Source: an uncultured Verrucomicrobiae bacterium (GTDB taxonomy: Bacteria; Verrucomicrobiota; Verrucomicrobiia; Limisphaerales; Palsa-1400). Taken from it: a stretch of 64,000 nt of DNA. The stretch covers positions 3,680,001 through 3,744,000 of the forward strand of contig OY969763.1 of the NCBI GenBank assembly GCA_963702845.1, in the 5' to 3' direction. A model generated the notes under the pieces. That model searched no databases, was not told the DNA's origin, and saw nothing but the letters and a program-made list of their open reading frames with translations. This document shows positions 1 to 9,333 of this stretch, piece after piece. Each line of letters starts with the position of its first letter. Within the stretch, counting starts at the first letter, position 1. The position numbers were made by a program, and so were the translations under genes.

Positions 1-1064
1 GAAAACATGCGTGTTAAGCCGCGAATCGCTCGCACGAAACTTCGCCACTGCAATACGAAAGAAAATAATCCAGCGAACACCATGCACGAAACCCCGCCCC
101 ACAGCGTCCATTGCACAATGTCGCGATACTTTGTCCCCGTGATAATTCCGTGATGCTGCAAAATCGGCACGTAAACAGCCCAGCACAGCGTCGCGCCGGC
201 AAGCATGCTCATACAAACCCGCATTCCGCTGATGGCGCCAGCAGCAATGAAAATTGGGTCCCACTCAAATTGAACCGTGCGCCCCATCCACGTCGGGCCA
301 AAAACTTTCTCGTTCAACTTACCGAACAACGTGCCCAGTTCGAATTTCTCCAGGCTGTGATGGAGCAGATGCAGCCCGTCGGTCCAGAACTTATTCACGG
401 CCGCAATCAGTCCCCAAACGCCCAACGCCATAGCCGACCGCATCGCTTTCTCGCCGTGCGAATGCAGAGCGCGCAACGTTTCGGCCGTCGCGATTCCGCT
501 CGGGAAACGCAGTTGATCGACGTTGATCATCTGTCGTTTCATCGGAATCGCCATCGTCACGCCGAGCACAGCCAGGAAAAACACCCAACCGAGCAACTGC
601 TGCACCGGCAAATTGTGCCCGTAGATCATGATATATGCGGAGAACGCTGAAATGAGAGTCGACCCTGTCGACGAACCGGCCGCCGTCGCGGTCGATTGCA
701 TACAGTTATTTTCGAGGATGGTCATCGGAGTAATGCCCATTCCAAAACGATTTCCGATACGAGACAACGAGGTCCAAATCGCGTAAGACAGAATGCACGC
801 GGTAATCGAAACACCCAGTCCCCACCCTGCCTTGAGGCCGACGTAAATATTAGTCAGCGACAAAACGGCGCCGAGAACACATCCCATCAAAACCGCCCGC
901 CAGGTGAGTTGGCGCATGTGCGCGCCGCGTTTGAGATAAAGTTGCTGATACCACTGCCGCTCGATTTCCTCAGGGGTGCCTTTGAACGGCGCAACAGGAA
1001 CGGGAACGTCCTCGTGCGGGACTTCAGCTTCTTCGAACTGAAATTGGTGAGGCGGCTGTTCCAT
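1..1064 (-). CDS. OPT family oligopeptide transporter (3' end outside window)
   Basis: Not in the ORF track; translated by hand from ATG at 1064. Reads MEQPPHQF...QLTWRAVLMGCVLGAVLSLTNIYVGLKAGWGLGVSITACILS...AIPMKRQMINVDQLRFPSGIATAETL, the OPT/YSL-type LT.RA...N.Y.GLK.G and L.FPSG.ATA motifs. Frame is open to the window edge. Confidence 0.85.
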   Translation of the reverse strand, partial: MEQPPHQFQFEEAEVPHEDVPVPVAPFKGTPEEIERQWYQQLYLKRGAHMRQLTWRAVLMGCVLGAVLSLTNIYVGLKAGWGLGVSITACILSYAIWTSLSRIGNRFGMGITPMTILENNCMQSTATAAGSSTGSTLISAFSAYIMIYGHNLPVQQLLGWVFFLAVLGVTMAIPMKRQMINVDQLRFPSGIATAETLRALHSHGEKAMRSAMALGVWGLIAAVNKFWTDGLHLLHHSLEKFELGTLFGKLNEKVFGPTWMGRTVQFEWDPIFIAAGAISGMRVCMSMLAGATLCWAVYVPILQHHGIITGTKYRDIVQWTLWGGVSCMVFAGLFSFVLQWRSFVRAIRGLTRMF

Positions 1065-1118
1065 TCAGGTGCCGCAAGAACCTACCCTAAAACACGGGGT
1101 AGGCAATGCCACATTAAG

Positions 1119-1454
1119 TTATTGGACGATGTGTGGCGTGAATGTCACCTGCGCATTTTCAAATATCAACTCTGCCGGTTTGTCGAGTTCGGCCGGAATG
1201 ATCCTGCGTGAGTCGATCACTTTGCCAGATTTCTCGATTCTGATAATGAGCTCGCACGATCTCGCGCCCATTGAGTTTGCGGTAAGAACGCACACCATCC
1301 CGTTGCCGATATCCTGTTTTGAGGGAGAACCGTACGTAAGATTGACGACTCCCAAGTCCTTGCTTTTGACTTCACTAAGGACCGCCTCCGACTTGGAACA
1401 ACCAACGAACACACTCAATGCCGCGAGGAGAAGAACAACGCAACTGAATTTCAT
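1119..1454 (-). CDS. Hypothetical lipoprotein
   Basis: 111 aa ORF with signal peptide and lipobox-like FVGC; starts 3 bp after the prepilin gene stop. Confidence 0.7.
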   Translation of the reverse strand: MKFSCVVLLLAALSVFVGCSKSEAVLSEVKSKDLGVVNLTYGSPSKQDIGNGMVCVLTANSMGARSCELIIRIEKSGKVIDSRRIIPAELDKPAELIFENAQVTFTPHIVQ

Positions 1455-1457
1455 GAC

Positions 1458-2315
1458 CTAGTAAACGTGGGTGGTCACATTCGTCAAAGCCTGCCAATCA
1501 GCTTTGTCGCCCGTTTGTCCAGGAGCCCATGTGATACTTGTTCGGTGCAACGTATAAATCTCCGCATGACCGTCGGAGAAATTGATGCCATAAGCGTTGC
1601 CGTGAGCACGCGAAGGCAAATCGAGGAATTGACGGCTACCACTCATATCTACAAGGATCATACCGTCGTTGATACTAGCTTGATCTTCGTCAACGGTAAG
1701 AAAGGTCTTCGACGCCTGTGTGATATCCGTCTCTTTGATGAACACCGGCGAACCAGCAGTAAAGTTGCCCGGTGGCGTATGATCGGCCTCCCAGCTTACA
1801 TTACCGTTATAGAAGTTCTCTCCGGCCATGTAAGAATTCATCGAAATGCTGCGAAGAATCGGCAAGTTTTTGTACGGAGCAGCGGCTTGGACGGCTACAC
1901 GGTGATCGGCAGGACAGTGGTAAATACCAATATTCTTCGTATAGGGAAATAGTTTGCCGAACTTAATACCGTGGTCATCGGCACCGCCGAACTGGTAGGA
2001 TCCTGCCGTGCCAGTGCTGTCAGCATTTCCGGTGCACCAAGGGTATCCTGGGCCGACCCCAGTGGCGGGGTTCACCGCCCAATTGCCGTAGTTCGGAAAA
2101 GCCGAGATGATGTACTGGCGGTTATCATCGGCGTATAGCTTGCAAGAAATCGCGACTTGGCGCAGGTCATTGACACAATAGGTTCGCTGGGCGCGCAACT
2201 TTGCTTTCGCCAAGGTCGGCAGCAGCATCGACGCGAGAATCGCGATGATTGCGATCACCACCAGCAATTCGATCAAGGTAAAGCCACGAAAATTCTGTGA
2301 TTTGTTCCGGCTCAT
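1458..2315 (-). CDS. Prepilin-type N-terminal cleavage/methylation protein with H-X9-DG motif
   Basis: [24 protein letters not shown] class III signal and C-terminal H-GNAYGINFS-DG. Start placed at MSRNK. Confidence 0.9.
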   Translation of the reverse strand: MSRNKSQNFRGFTLIELLVVIAIIAILASMLLPTLAKAKLRAQRTYCVNDLRQVAISCKLYADDNRQYIISAFPNYGNWAVNPATGVGPGYPWCTGNADSTGTAGSYQFGGADDHGIKFGKLFPYTKNIGIYHCPADHRVAVQAAAPYKNLPILRSISMNSYMAGENFYNGNVSWEADHTPPGNFTAGSPVFIKETDITQASKTFLTVDEDQASINDGMILVDMSGSRQFLDLPSRAHGNAYGINFSDGHAEIYTLHRTSITWAPGQTGDKADWQALTNVTTHVY

Positions 2316-2407
2316 AAGGTGAGTACACATTGCCAAAGGGGTATAGTCGAGTCAATAGGTGAGTCAATTGTTCCGCGTGTGCGTTTCAATGCACATCAAT
2401 ATTGTAC

Positions 2408-3702
2408 CTACAGCCGCAGGAATATTTTGCGCTGGAACAGGAAACGAACAAACCAAAATGCCAGTAGCAGGCCGAATATTGCTATAAGAAGATCACCTGC
2501 TCCCATTGCGAGATGGTCATCGAAAAAAGCCTTAATATCACCGCCAACAAACCGTTTCGCCGGGGTGCGAAAACCGCCGATAACGTTGCTCGTCAGATAA
2601 ATCGTAATAGGATTCATTCCCATCCAAATAAACGGTCGGCACCACCATTGGAATTTCCAGATATCGACCACGGTATAAAACGCCGCGAGCAACAACGCGC
2701 TGTAACCACCAGCCACCAAAACGAAGGAAGATGTCCAAATTTTCTTCACTACCGGAAACTGAACATTCCACGCCCAACCAAGCGTAACCGCCACCAGACC
2801 CGCCGCCACCAGGTAGATCGACTTTTTGCTGGTCCAGATATTTCGCCGACCGCAACAACAGACCGGCAAACACGCCGAACACACACGTCACAATCGCAGG
2901 AAGATTGCTCAGAAAACCTTCTGGATCGAAATAGGTGTCGTATTTGCGACCGGGCAAATATTGAAAATCAAAATGGTCGGAAACATTCAGGCCGTGCTCG
3001 TACTTGCGCGGTGACGCGTTCGGTCGTTTGGTTGAACAAGACGTGCGGGTCGTTTATCCCTTTCTCGGCCGAGAGCTGTTGGATGTTGGCCTTTTCCAAT
3101 TGGATATTGCGAATCGGAACAAAGGTCATCAGCGCCCAATACCCGACGAGCAATGCCACGCAAATCCCAATCATCACTCGCACATTGCAGAACAGGTAGA
3201 TGAGCCCGGTGCAAAGATAACAAAACGCGATTCGGTTCAACACGCCCATCCATCGAATATTGTCCCAGCCGTCCTGGATGCCACCGGAATATAAAATGCC
3301 GATGCCATATAGCAACAGTCCGCGGCGAATAACCCGTTTGACCGCTTCGGTTCGTCCATGCGTTTCAAGCAGTCGCGTGAGCGAGAAAACAGACGACACC
3401 CCGACTATAAAAACGAACAACGGAAAAATCAGATCGTAGAAATGAAACCCTGCCCAAGGTGAGTGCCTTAGCTCGTAGGCGATAAAACGAGCCACGCTGA
3501 AACCAGCATCAGCAGGCGCCGCGTCAGCGCCGTGGTTTGCAATCCGTTCCAGTGCGTAGACGAGCGCATCAGCGCCAATGATCCAAAACATGTCGAAACC
3601 ACGCAACGCATCCAAAGACACCAGGCGTTGCGGGGAATTTTGATTGGGACGCGAAACTTCGGTTTGTATAACAGCCGGTGCGGATGTCGCCAGTTCGCTC
3701 AT
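2408..3702 (-). CDS. HGSNAT/NagX-like (DUF5009) membrane acyltransferase, split by two +1 frameshifts
   Basis: Motifs RLVSLDALRGFDMFWI, DLIFPLFVFIVG, DPEGFLS and KKIWTSSFVL are spread over three ORFs (2968-3741, 2538-2957, 2408-2884). Removing one base near 3008 and one near 2820 rejoins them. Confidence 0.85.
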
Positions 3703-3800
3703 GAGTGGCGCATTGTAATCAGAGCCACCGGCATGGAGCAAGCGGGTTGGAGAATAACGCTCCGTTTCGAAAAGAGGTCAGCAGTTTGCGCGTGCGCGGA

Positions 3801-4091
3801 TCACCACCAAAATGGCGTGTAACCACCTCCCCAACGTCCGTAACCGTGATTATCCTCAGGCACAGTGGGTCCGTATGCAGGATACGTGTGCTCTCCGCCG
3901 ACGTGCGTATTGCGCGAGGTATCTTTTTGGTACCAGTAATACGTATCAGTTTTGCCGCGTATGGGAAAGTTGTTGGATTCGGCAATCAACTGTTCGCGTT
4001 GAATGTGCGGCCGGTCAGCAGTGTAATATGAATGCTGCGCAGCGCACCCCGCGAAAAGCAGCACCAGCGGAATAACGGCGGCCATTTTCAT
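3801..4091 (-). CDS. Small hypothetical lipoprotein
   Basis: MKMAAVIPLVLLFAGC lipobox; aromatic/Gly-rich C-terminus. Confidence 0.65.
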   Translation of the reverse strand: MKMAAVIPLVLLFAGCAAQHSYYTADRPHIQREQLIAESNNFPIRGKTDTYYWYQKDTSRNTHVGGEHTYPAYGPTVPEDNHGYGRWGGGYTPFWW

Positions 4092-4172
4092 AATCTTAAT
4101 ATCCGTTCACAGCCGCCTTCTGTCAACGAACAGAATGTCATCAGGTGTCACTAAAAGTGGTGATGTCGTTCT

Positions 4173-4210
4173 CCCTCTCCTCCTCAGGAGGAGAGGGTCG
4201 GGGAGAGGAG
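4173..4210. repeat. REP-like palindrome CCCTCTCCTCCT-C-AGGAGGAGAGGG followed by TCGGGGAGAGG
   Basis: Perfect 12-bp inverted repeat (4173-4184/4186-4197) in an intergenic region. Confidence 0.6.
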
Positions 4211-4263
4211 GTCGTCTTCTCAAATTTCATCGCGTCAACCACCACCTTCAACCGCACCCACGC

Positions 4264-5520
4264 CTAGTTCGCACCCAGCTCACGCAACCATCCGCCCGCG
4301 CTCTGCGAATATTCACCGTAAACCTTGTCACCTAATGTCTGTCGCAAAGTCTTTTCCGTCTCCGCCTGGATGGCTCGCAATGCCTGCGCCTTTTTCTCTT
4401 CGGACAGATTCCCGTCGCGTAGCAACTGCCCCCGCTGCTGTTCCGCCACGGACCGCATTTCGACGAGGCTTTGCGACACCGAATCCGGTAAATCAAAGCG
4501 ATCGCTGAATACGAACATCTCGCGATAATCAGCATTCTTGACCTTCTGGTAATCCGCCATGCGCGATTGCCCAAGGGCCGAAAACAATTCATTTTCCATC
4601 TGCTGTTCCGCTGCGTCTTTGGCAGCGCGCACAGTCGGATCGCTCAAGTCTTGAAACGCGTAGGCCGCATCCAGCGCCTTTTGTCGTTGATAAATTTCGC
4701 GAAACTCCGCTTCGCTGGGATTAAACCCGATCAAGTTCTTGCGCAACGCGTCGGCCGTTCCCGACGTCGACAATTCAAATTGAAACTTCTCGTCCGGAGT
4801 CAAAAGCTGAGTCAAACGCGCGTCGGCTTCCTGCTGCATGCGCTGCAATCGCTCAAGGTCGACGCCGCTGGGATGCCCGCCACTGGCGCTCAAGATTCTG
4901 TCACGTGCCGCCTCAAATTGATCGCGCACGGCAATCGCGGAATTGCGTTTGTCGTCGGCCAGAAATGCGAGCCGTCGATCATCCTCGCTCGTATCCACGA
5001 AATATTTATCCAACTCCTTCTCATAATTAATGCCCAACAACTCCCGTAACACCGCGGGCAACTCCTTGTCGATTTGTGCCAAGGCCTTTTCGCGCTCCTC
5101 GATTTGGTGCTGCTTCAACTTGCGTTTCTCATCCGTTTCCCAATAACGGAATTCGCGTCCATTGACCGAAGCCTGCCCGCGTTTCTGCGCATAAAGCTTC
5201 ATCACGTCGGTCATGATGATGTCTTTGATGGTCGTCTCGGGGCAGCCAACCACGCGGAGATTTCCAATGTAAACGCGGTAATCAGACGACTCGACCTGCG
5301 CCCAGTTGAACTGGTTCGTGACGTAAACAACCCGATCCTGTGCGCGACCGGAAGTTTTCGTATTCGAAGAGCTTGAGTCGTGCTCGCGAGAGAGCTGTTC
5401 CTTGAACAGAACCGTTCGCGTCGCAACTTCATCGGCTGCCAGCCATCGAAAGAAATAAAACCCAGCGCACAACACTGCCACGTTGAGCAAAATCAGAATT
5501 AAAACCGACCTCAATTTCAT
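4264..5520 (-). CDS. Membrane-anchored all-helical hypothetical protein
   Basis: 418 aa; N-terminal hydrophobic anchor, FNWAQVESSDY..YIGNLR..GCPETTI block, charged helical remainder. Confidence 0.8.
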   Translation of the reverse strand: MKLRSVLILILLNVAVLCAGFYFFRWLAADEVATRTVLFKEQLSREHDSSSSNTKTSGRAQDRVVYVTNQFNWAQVESSDYRVYIGNLRVVGCPETTIKDIIMTDVMKLYAQKRGQASVNGREFRYWETDEKRKLKQHQIEEREKALAQIDKELPAVLRELLGINYEKELDKYFVDTSEDDRRLAFLADDKRNSAIAVRDQFEAARDRILSASGGHPSGVDLERLQRMQQEADARLTQLLTPDEKFQFELSTSGTADALRKNLIGFNPSEAEFREIYQRQKALDAAYAFQDLSDPTVRAAKDAAEQQMENELFSALGQSRMADYQKVKNADYREMFVFSDRFDLPDSVSQSLVEMRSVAEQQRGQLLRDGNLSEEKKAQALRAIQAETEKTLRQTLGDKVYGEYSQSAGGWLRELGAN

Positions 5521-5528
5521 CGGTCACC

Positions 5529-5557
5529 ATGGTAAAGGTGCCGCGACCAAATGCCAA
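5529..5557 (-). promoter_or_regulatory. Putative sigma70 promoter, probably leaderless
   Basis: TTGGCA-17 nt-TACCAT, with the -10 box 8 nt before the ATG at 5520 and no Shine-Dalgarno. Confidence 0.5.
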
Positions 5558-5570
5558 GACGCCGAATCTT

Positions 5571-5930
5571 CTAACGCTTCACCGTGCCGCGAATAATGCT
5601 CCAACTCGTAACGACACCCCAAAGAATCGCGACAGCGAAAATTGCAAAGCCAGCCGCAGGCTTCACCAACTGATGGCCAAGTTCAAACAATCCAGCCAAC
5701 GGATCGGATGACTCGTTAATGCGACGGTAATTCTGCAGATACCAGATGAAGACTTGAATTGTCCTGAAAAGAGTTACCCCCAACCCGAGCAGCGCGAGCA
5801 CGATTTGGAAATACCCAATCCATCGTCCTGCGATGAGCGATCCGGAACCCGGCATGGCCAGGTTCGCGGTGAAACACCCCCACGCCTCAGCTCGGCTGAG
5901 TGGTCGGCGCGGGTGTAGAACCAAAGACAT
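5571..5930 (-). CDS. Hypothetical membrane protein
   Basis: Hydrophobic segments and NLAMPGSGSLIAG motif. Start uncertain (MSLVL at 5930); overlaps the upstream gene's 3' end. Confidence 0.65.
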   Translation of the reverse strand: MSLVLHPRRPLSRAEAWGCFTANLAMPGSGSLIAGRWIGYFQIVLALLGLGVTLFRTIQVFIWYLQNYRRINESSDPLAGLFELGHQLVKPAAGFAIFAVAILWGVVTSWSIIRGTVKR

Positions 5931-6735
5931 CTTCATACGCATAGGCCCACGCCGCAAACACGACCGGGATCGCAACGTAAACGCCGATACAACACACGCA
6001 AAGGCCAAGTATTGTGATCAGAATTCCAAGGAGGAGCAGTCCGAACATTGACCACCAATGTTGGTTCATTACTTTGCGGCTCAATTCCATCGCCGGCCAG
6101 AACTCCATTTTTCTATCGGCAACGAGCGTAATCGCCATCGACCACGCAACCGCCAGATAAATTCCCGGAATAATGCAAAAGGCCAATCCAACAGCGGTCA
6201 GCAAAAGCGAAATCAGGCCCACCAGGAACAATTGCAAAAAGTTGGCGCTGAATCCGGCAAATGCGTCACCGAACTCCGCCCTTTGTCCGCGTATCAATTT
6301 CAACGTCAGAATAAACAAGCCACCACGGCAAACACCGGTCAGAAATGGAATAGCGCCTTCAATTATTCCCATCACCAGCGATGCGCCAACGAGTAACCAA
6401 AAATTCTTCATTACCAGGTCCCAGCCCCGGCTGATGCAGTGTCCCGGCGCGATCACACCACCTCGCGCGAGCGCCGATTGCGCAGCGGCGTCGGTGTCGA
6501 TCTGCCCACCGAAATTCGTTGACGGTGGCGTCGAAGAACTCGGCGGAGTGTTCGGAGCGCCAGCCGTGAACAATCCTGCGAACTCGGGGATACTCGAGAG
6601 CGGCAACCAATTTTCCGTGCCCTCAGCGCGCGCCATAGTATTGGCGCCGGCTCGACCCTGGTTAACCCATTCAGTGATTTGTTGCGCCGAAACCGGGCCG
6701 TACTCTTTTTGGTCCGCTCCGAGGATTTTATACAT
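5887..6735 (-). CDS. GYF_2 (DUF4339) domain integral membrane protein
   Basis: N-terminal MYKILGADQKEYGPVS...W...GR, Pro/Ser linker, multi-TM C-terminal domain. Confidence 0.85.
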   Translation of the reverse strand: MYKILGADQKEYGPVSAQQITEWVNQGRAGANTMARAEGTENWLPLSSIPEFAGLFTAGAPNTPPSSSTPPSTNFGGQIDTDAAAQSALARGGVIAPGHCISRGWDLVMKNFWLLVGASLVMGIIEGAIPFLTGVCRGGLFILTLKLIRGQRAEFGDAFAGFSANFLQLFLVGLISLLLTAVGLAFCIIPGIYLAVAWSMAITLVADRKMEFWPAMELSRKVMNQHWWSMFGLLLLGILITILGLCVCCIGVYVAIPVVFAAWAYAYEDVFGSTPAPTTQPS

Positions 6736-6747
6736 ATTCGATTGAGG

Positions 6748-7263
6748 TTAGAAATTCCAATGACGCATGAAATGCGCATTATGATGCGGGAACAAAGCAA
6801 GCGCGCCGTAACCGAGCGAAATCATCACGCCGACAATCGACAGCACCAAACCAGCAATCGCCATCCCCTTCCCTTTTTGTGACGGATTGTTCCCCAGTTG
6901 CGAAAGAGCGATGCACGAAAACACAATTCCAATCGCGCCCACCGGCAAACCGGCGCAAACACAGGTGACGGAGAGAATTCCAAAAATCAAACCAGTGATG
7001 GCATTGCCGTTCGTCGGCGCAGTCGGTGTCGTCCGCACTGGCGCTGGCGTTGGTGCATAAGGCGGCGGAACCGATGGAGGAACAGGAGCAGCTTGCGGTG
7101 GCACGCTGAACTCGGGGAAAGTCGCCAAAGGTCTCCAACCCAAAACACCCTCGGCCTGCACGAGGGTTGCGCCGTTGGCGCGCCCTTCTTTGATCCATTG
7201 CCGAATTTGATCTGCGGAAACCGGGCCGTATTCGCGTTGGTCAACTCCAATAATTCTATACAT
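6748..7263 (-). CDS. GYF_2 plus DUF4190-type membrane protein
   Basis: MYRIIGVDQREYGPVS; Pro-rich linker; NGNAITGLIFGILS...ALSQL...GKGMAIAGLVLS. Confidence 0.85.
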   Translation of the reverse strand: MYRIIGVDQREYGPVSADQIRQWIKEGRANGATLVQAEGVLGWRPLATFPEFSVPPQAAPVPPSVPPPYAPTPAPVRTTPTAPTNGNAITGLIFGILSVTCVCAGLPVGAIGIVFSCIALSQLGNNPSQKGKGMAIAGLVLSIVGVMISLGYGALALFPHHNAHFMRHWNF

Positions 7264-7394
7264 AAGGCCTCTGTGCGGGCCACCTTGCTCCCGCGTTATT
7301 GCTTGTATGGCAATCCCCTGTCACATGCAAGCTGTTGTTCTCTTGACTCCACCGACACTGTAGCGCCGGACCAATTTGACTGGCACTACAATCC

Positions 7395-8213
7395 TTAAGC
7401 ATTTTTGTAATTCAAACTCCCGCGTCGATACCCTTGAAGGTCCACCGTTACGTGGGCATAACCAATTTTCTTCAGCGCTTCGAAAACCTGCTGCGACATT
7501 TTCGCCTCGTTCAATCGCGGCAACTCATCTGCGCCGACTTCAATCCGAGCCAGAACCATTTTGTTCCCAGTCAACTCATGATGCCGCACGCGCACATCGT
7601 AAAATCCCAAGTCGCGTAAAACGTATTCCGCCTGCTCGATCATCGACAACTTCTCCGGCGTGACCGCTTCGCCATACGGTACGCGCGAACTCAAGCAAGC
7701 CATCTGCGGTTTCGCCGCGGTCGGCAGACCGAACTTTTCCGAAAACTCGCGAATGTCCGCCTTTGTCAAACCCGCTTCTTTCAGCGGTGCGCGGACCTGG
7801 AATTCACCCGCAGCCTTTGCACCCGGCCGAAAATCCCCGATGTCACTCGCGTTCTCGCCATACGCGATTACCGCAAAACCTTCTGTCTTTGCGATCGGTT
7901 CCAATTGCGTGAACAGTTCATGTTTGCAGAAATAACAGCGGTTATTGGGATTCGATAAATAAGCGGGATTGTCGAACTCCTGCGTCTCAACGATCCGAAG
8001 TGGAATAGAAAATCTGTGCGCGATCTCCGTCGCTTCCGTAAATTCGCGTCGCGGCAAACTTGCCGAATCGGCAATCACAGCCAGCGATTTCGTCCCGAGA
8101 ACCTTGTGCGCCATGTAAGCCAGAAAAACGGAATCAACGCCACCGGAGTAGGCCACCAGGCAGGACCCATAAGACCGAATCAAATTCTCAAGTTGTTCAA
8201 GCTTCGCAGACAC
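7395..8213 (-). CDS. larE: ATP-dependent sulfur transferase LarE (nickel-pincer cofactor synthesis)
   Basis: PP-loop SGGVDS, RCYFCK, D.RPG, ACLSSRVPYG, VRVRHH, VTVDLQGYRRGSLN. Confidence 0.92.
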   Translation of the reverse strand: MSAKLEQLENLIRSYGSCLVAYSGGVDSVFLAYMAHKVLGTKSLAVIADSASLPRREFTEATEIAHRFSIPLRIVETQEFDNPAYLSNPNNRCYFCKHELFTQLEPIAKTEGFAVIAYGENASDIGDFRPGAKAAGEFQVRAPLKEAGLTKADIREFSEKFGLPTAAKPQMACLSSRVPYGEAVTPEKLSMIEQAEYVLRDLGFYDVRVRHHELTGNKMVLARIEVGADELPRLNEAKMSQQVFEALKKIGYAHVTVDLQGYRRGSLNYKNA

Positions 8214-8270
8214 CGCGTCAACCTGCCACCGAGCAACGCAAAAGTCGAGTCAGGCAGGACGGAGTTGCCG

Positions 8271-9245
8271 TCACACTTTCGTGCGGAAATACTCGATCGT
8301 CTTCACCAATCCCTGCGCCAACGCCACCTTCGGCTCCCATTTCAAAATCGTTTTCGCGCGCGTGATATCCGGCTTCCGCTGTTTCGGGTCATCCTGCGGC
8401 AACGGTTTGTGCACGATCTTACTCTTCGAACCAGTCGCCTTGATGATCTCTTCGGCAAACTGCAACATGGTCAACTCAGTCGGATTACCGATATTCACCG
8501 GATCATTCGTGTTGCTCATCATCAGCCGGTAAATGCCTTCGATCAGGTCGGCATAATAACAAAAACTCCGCGTCTGTTTGCCATCACCAAAAACCGTGAT
8601 CGGTTTATTCTTCAACGCCTGGCTGACAAACGCTGGCACAACTCGCCCATCGTTCACTCGCATGCGCGGTCCATACGTATTGAAAATACGAACAATTTTC
8701 GTGTTGATCCCGTGCTCGCGATGATAAGCCATCGTCAACGCTTCGGCGAACCGTTTCGATTCATCATAACAACCACGCGGCCCGATCGTGTTCACATTGC
8801 CCCAATACGTTTCTTTCTGTGGATGCTCCAGCGGGTCGCCGTAAATTTCCGAGGTTGACGCAATCAGAAAACGCGCGCCTTTGTTCATCGCGAGGCCCAG
8901 CGCCTTGTGTGTGCCCAGCGAACCAACCTTCAATGTCTGGATCGGAATTTCCAAATAATCAATCGGACTCGCCGGCGATGCAAAGTGCCAAACGTAATCA
9001 ACCGGAACATCGAGAAACAAAAACTCAGTGACGTCCTGTTCGATGAATTTGAAATCCTTGTTGCCGCCGAGATGCGCAATATTGTCGACACTGCCCGTCA
9101 CGAAATTGTCGATCGCCACCACTTTATGCCCGTGAGCGAGCAAGTAGTCACACAAATGAGAGCCAAGAAATCCCGCGCCACCGGTCACGACAGATGTGGG
9201 CTTATCGCTCTTCGTGCGTTTTAGTTTTTTGCTGTTTGCTTTCAC
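8271..9245 (-). CDS. UDP-glucuronate decarboxylase (UDP-xylose synthase), extended SDR family
   Basis: [38 protein letters not shown]. Confidence 0.9.
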   Translation of the reverse strand: MKANSKKLKRTKSDKPTSVVTGGAGFLGSHLCDYLLAHGHKVVAIDNFVTGSVDNIAHLGGNKDFKFIEQDVTEFLFLDVPVDYVWHFASPASPIDYLEIPIQTLKVGSLGTHKALGLAMNKGARFLIASTSEIYGDPLEHPQKETYWGNVNTIGPRGCYDESKRFAEALTMAYHREHGINTKIVRIFNTYGPRMRVNDGRVVPAFVSQALKNKPITVFGDGKQTRSFCYYADLIEGIYRLMMSNTNDPVNIGNPTELTMLQFAEEIIKATGSKSKIVHKPLPQDDPKQRKPDITRAKTILKWEPKVALAQGLVKTIEYFRTKV

Positions 9246-9278
9246 GTTCGATGTTGGACGTTGAATGTTCGACGTTCG
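9244..9278. repeat. Degenerate heptamer tandem repeat, (AYGTTSR) x5
   Basis: ACGTTCG ATGTTGG ACGTTGA ATGTTCG ACGTTCG. Confidence 0.75.
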
Positions 9279-9333
9279 AGTTCCCTATTAGACATTCCCC
9301 ATTAGTCGGCAACAATCAAGTATGCGGTGAGAA

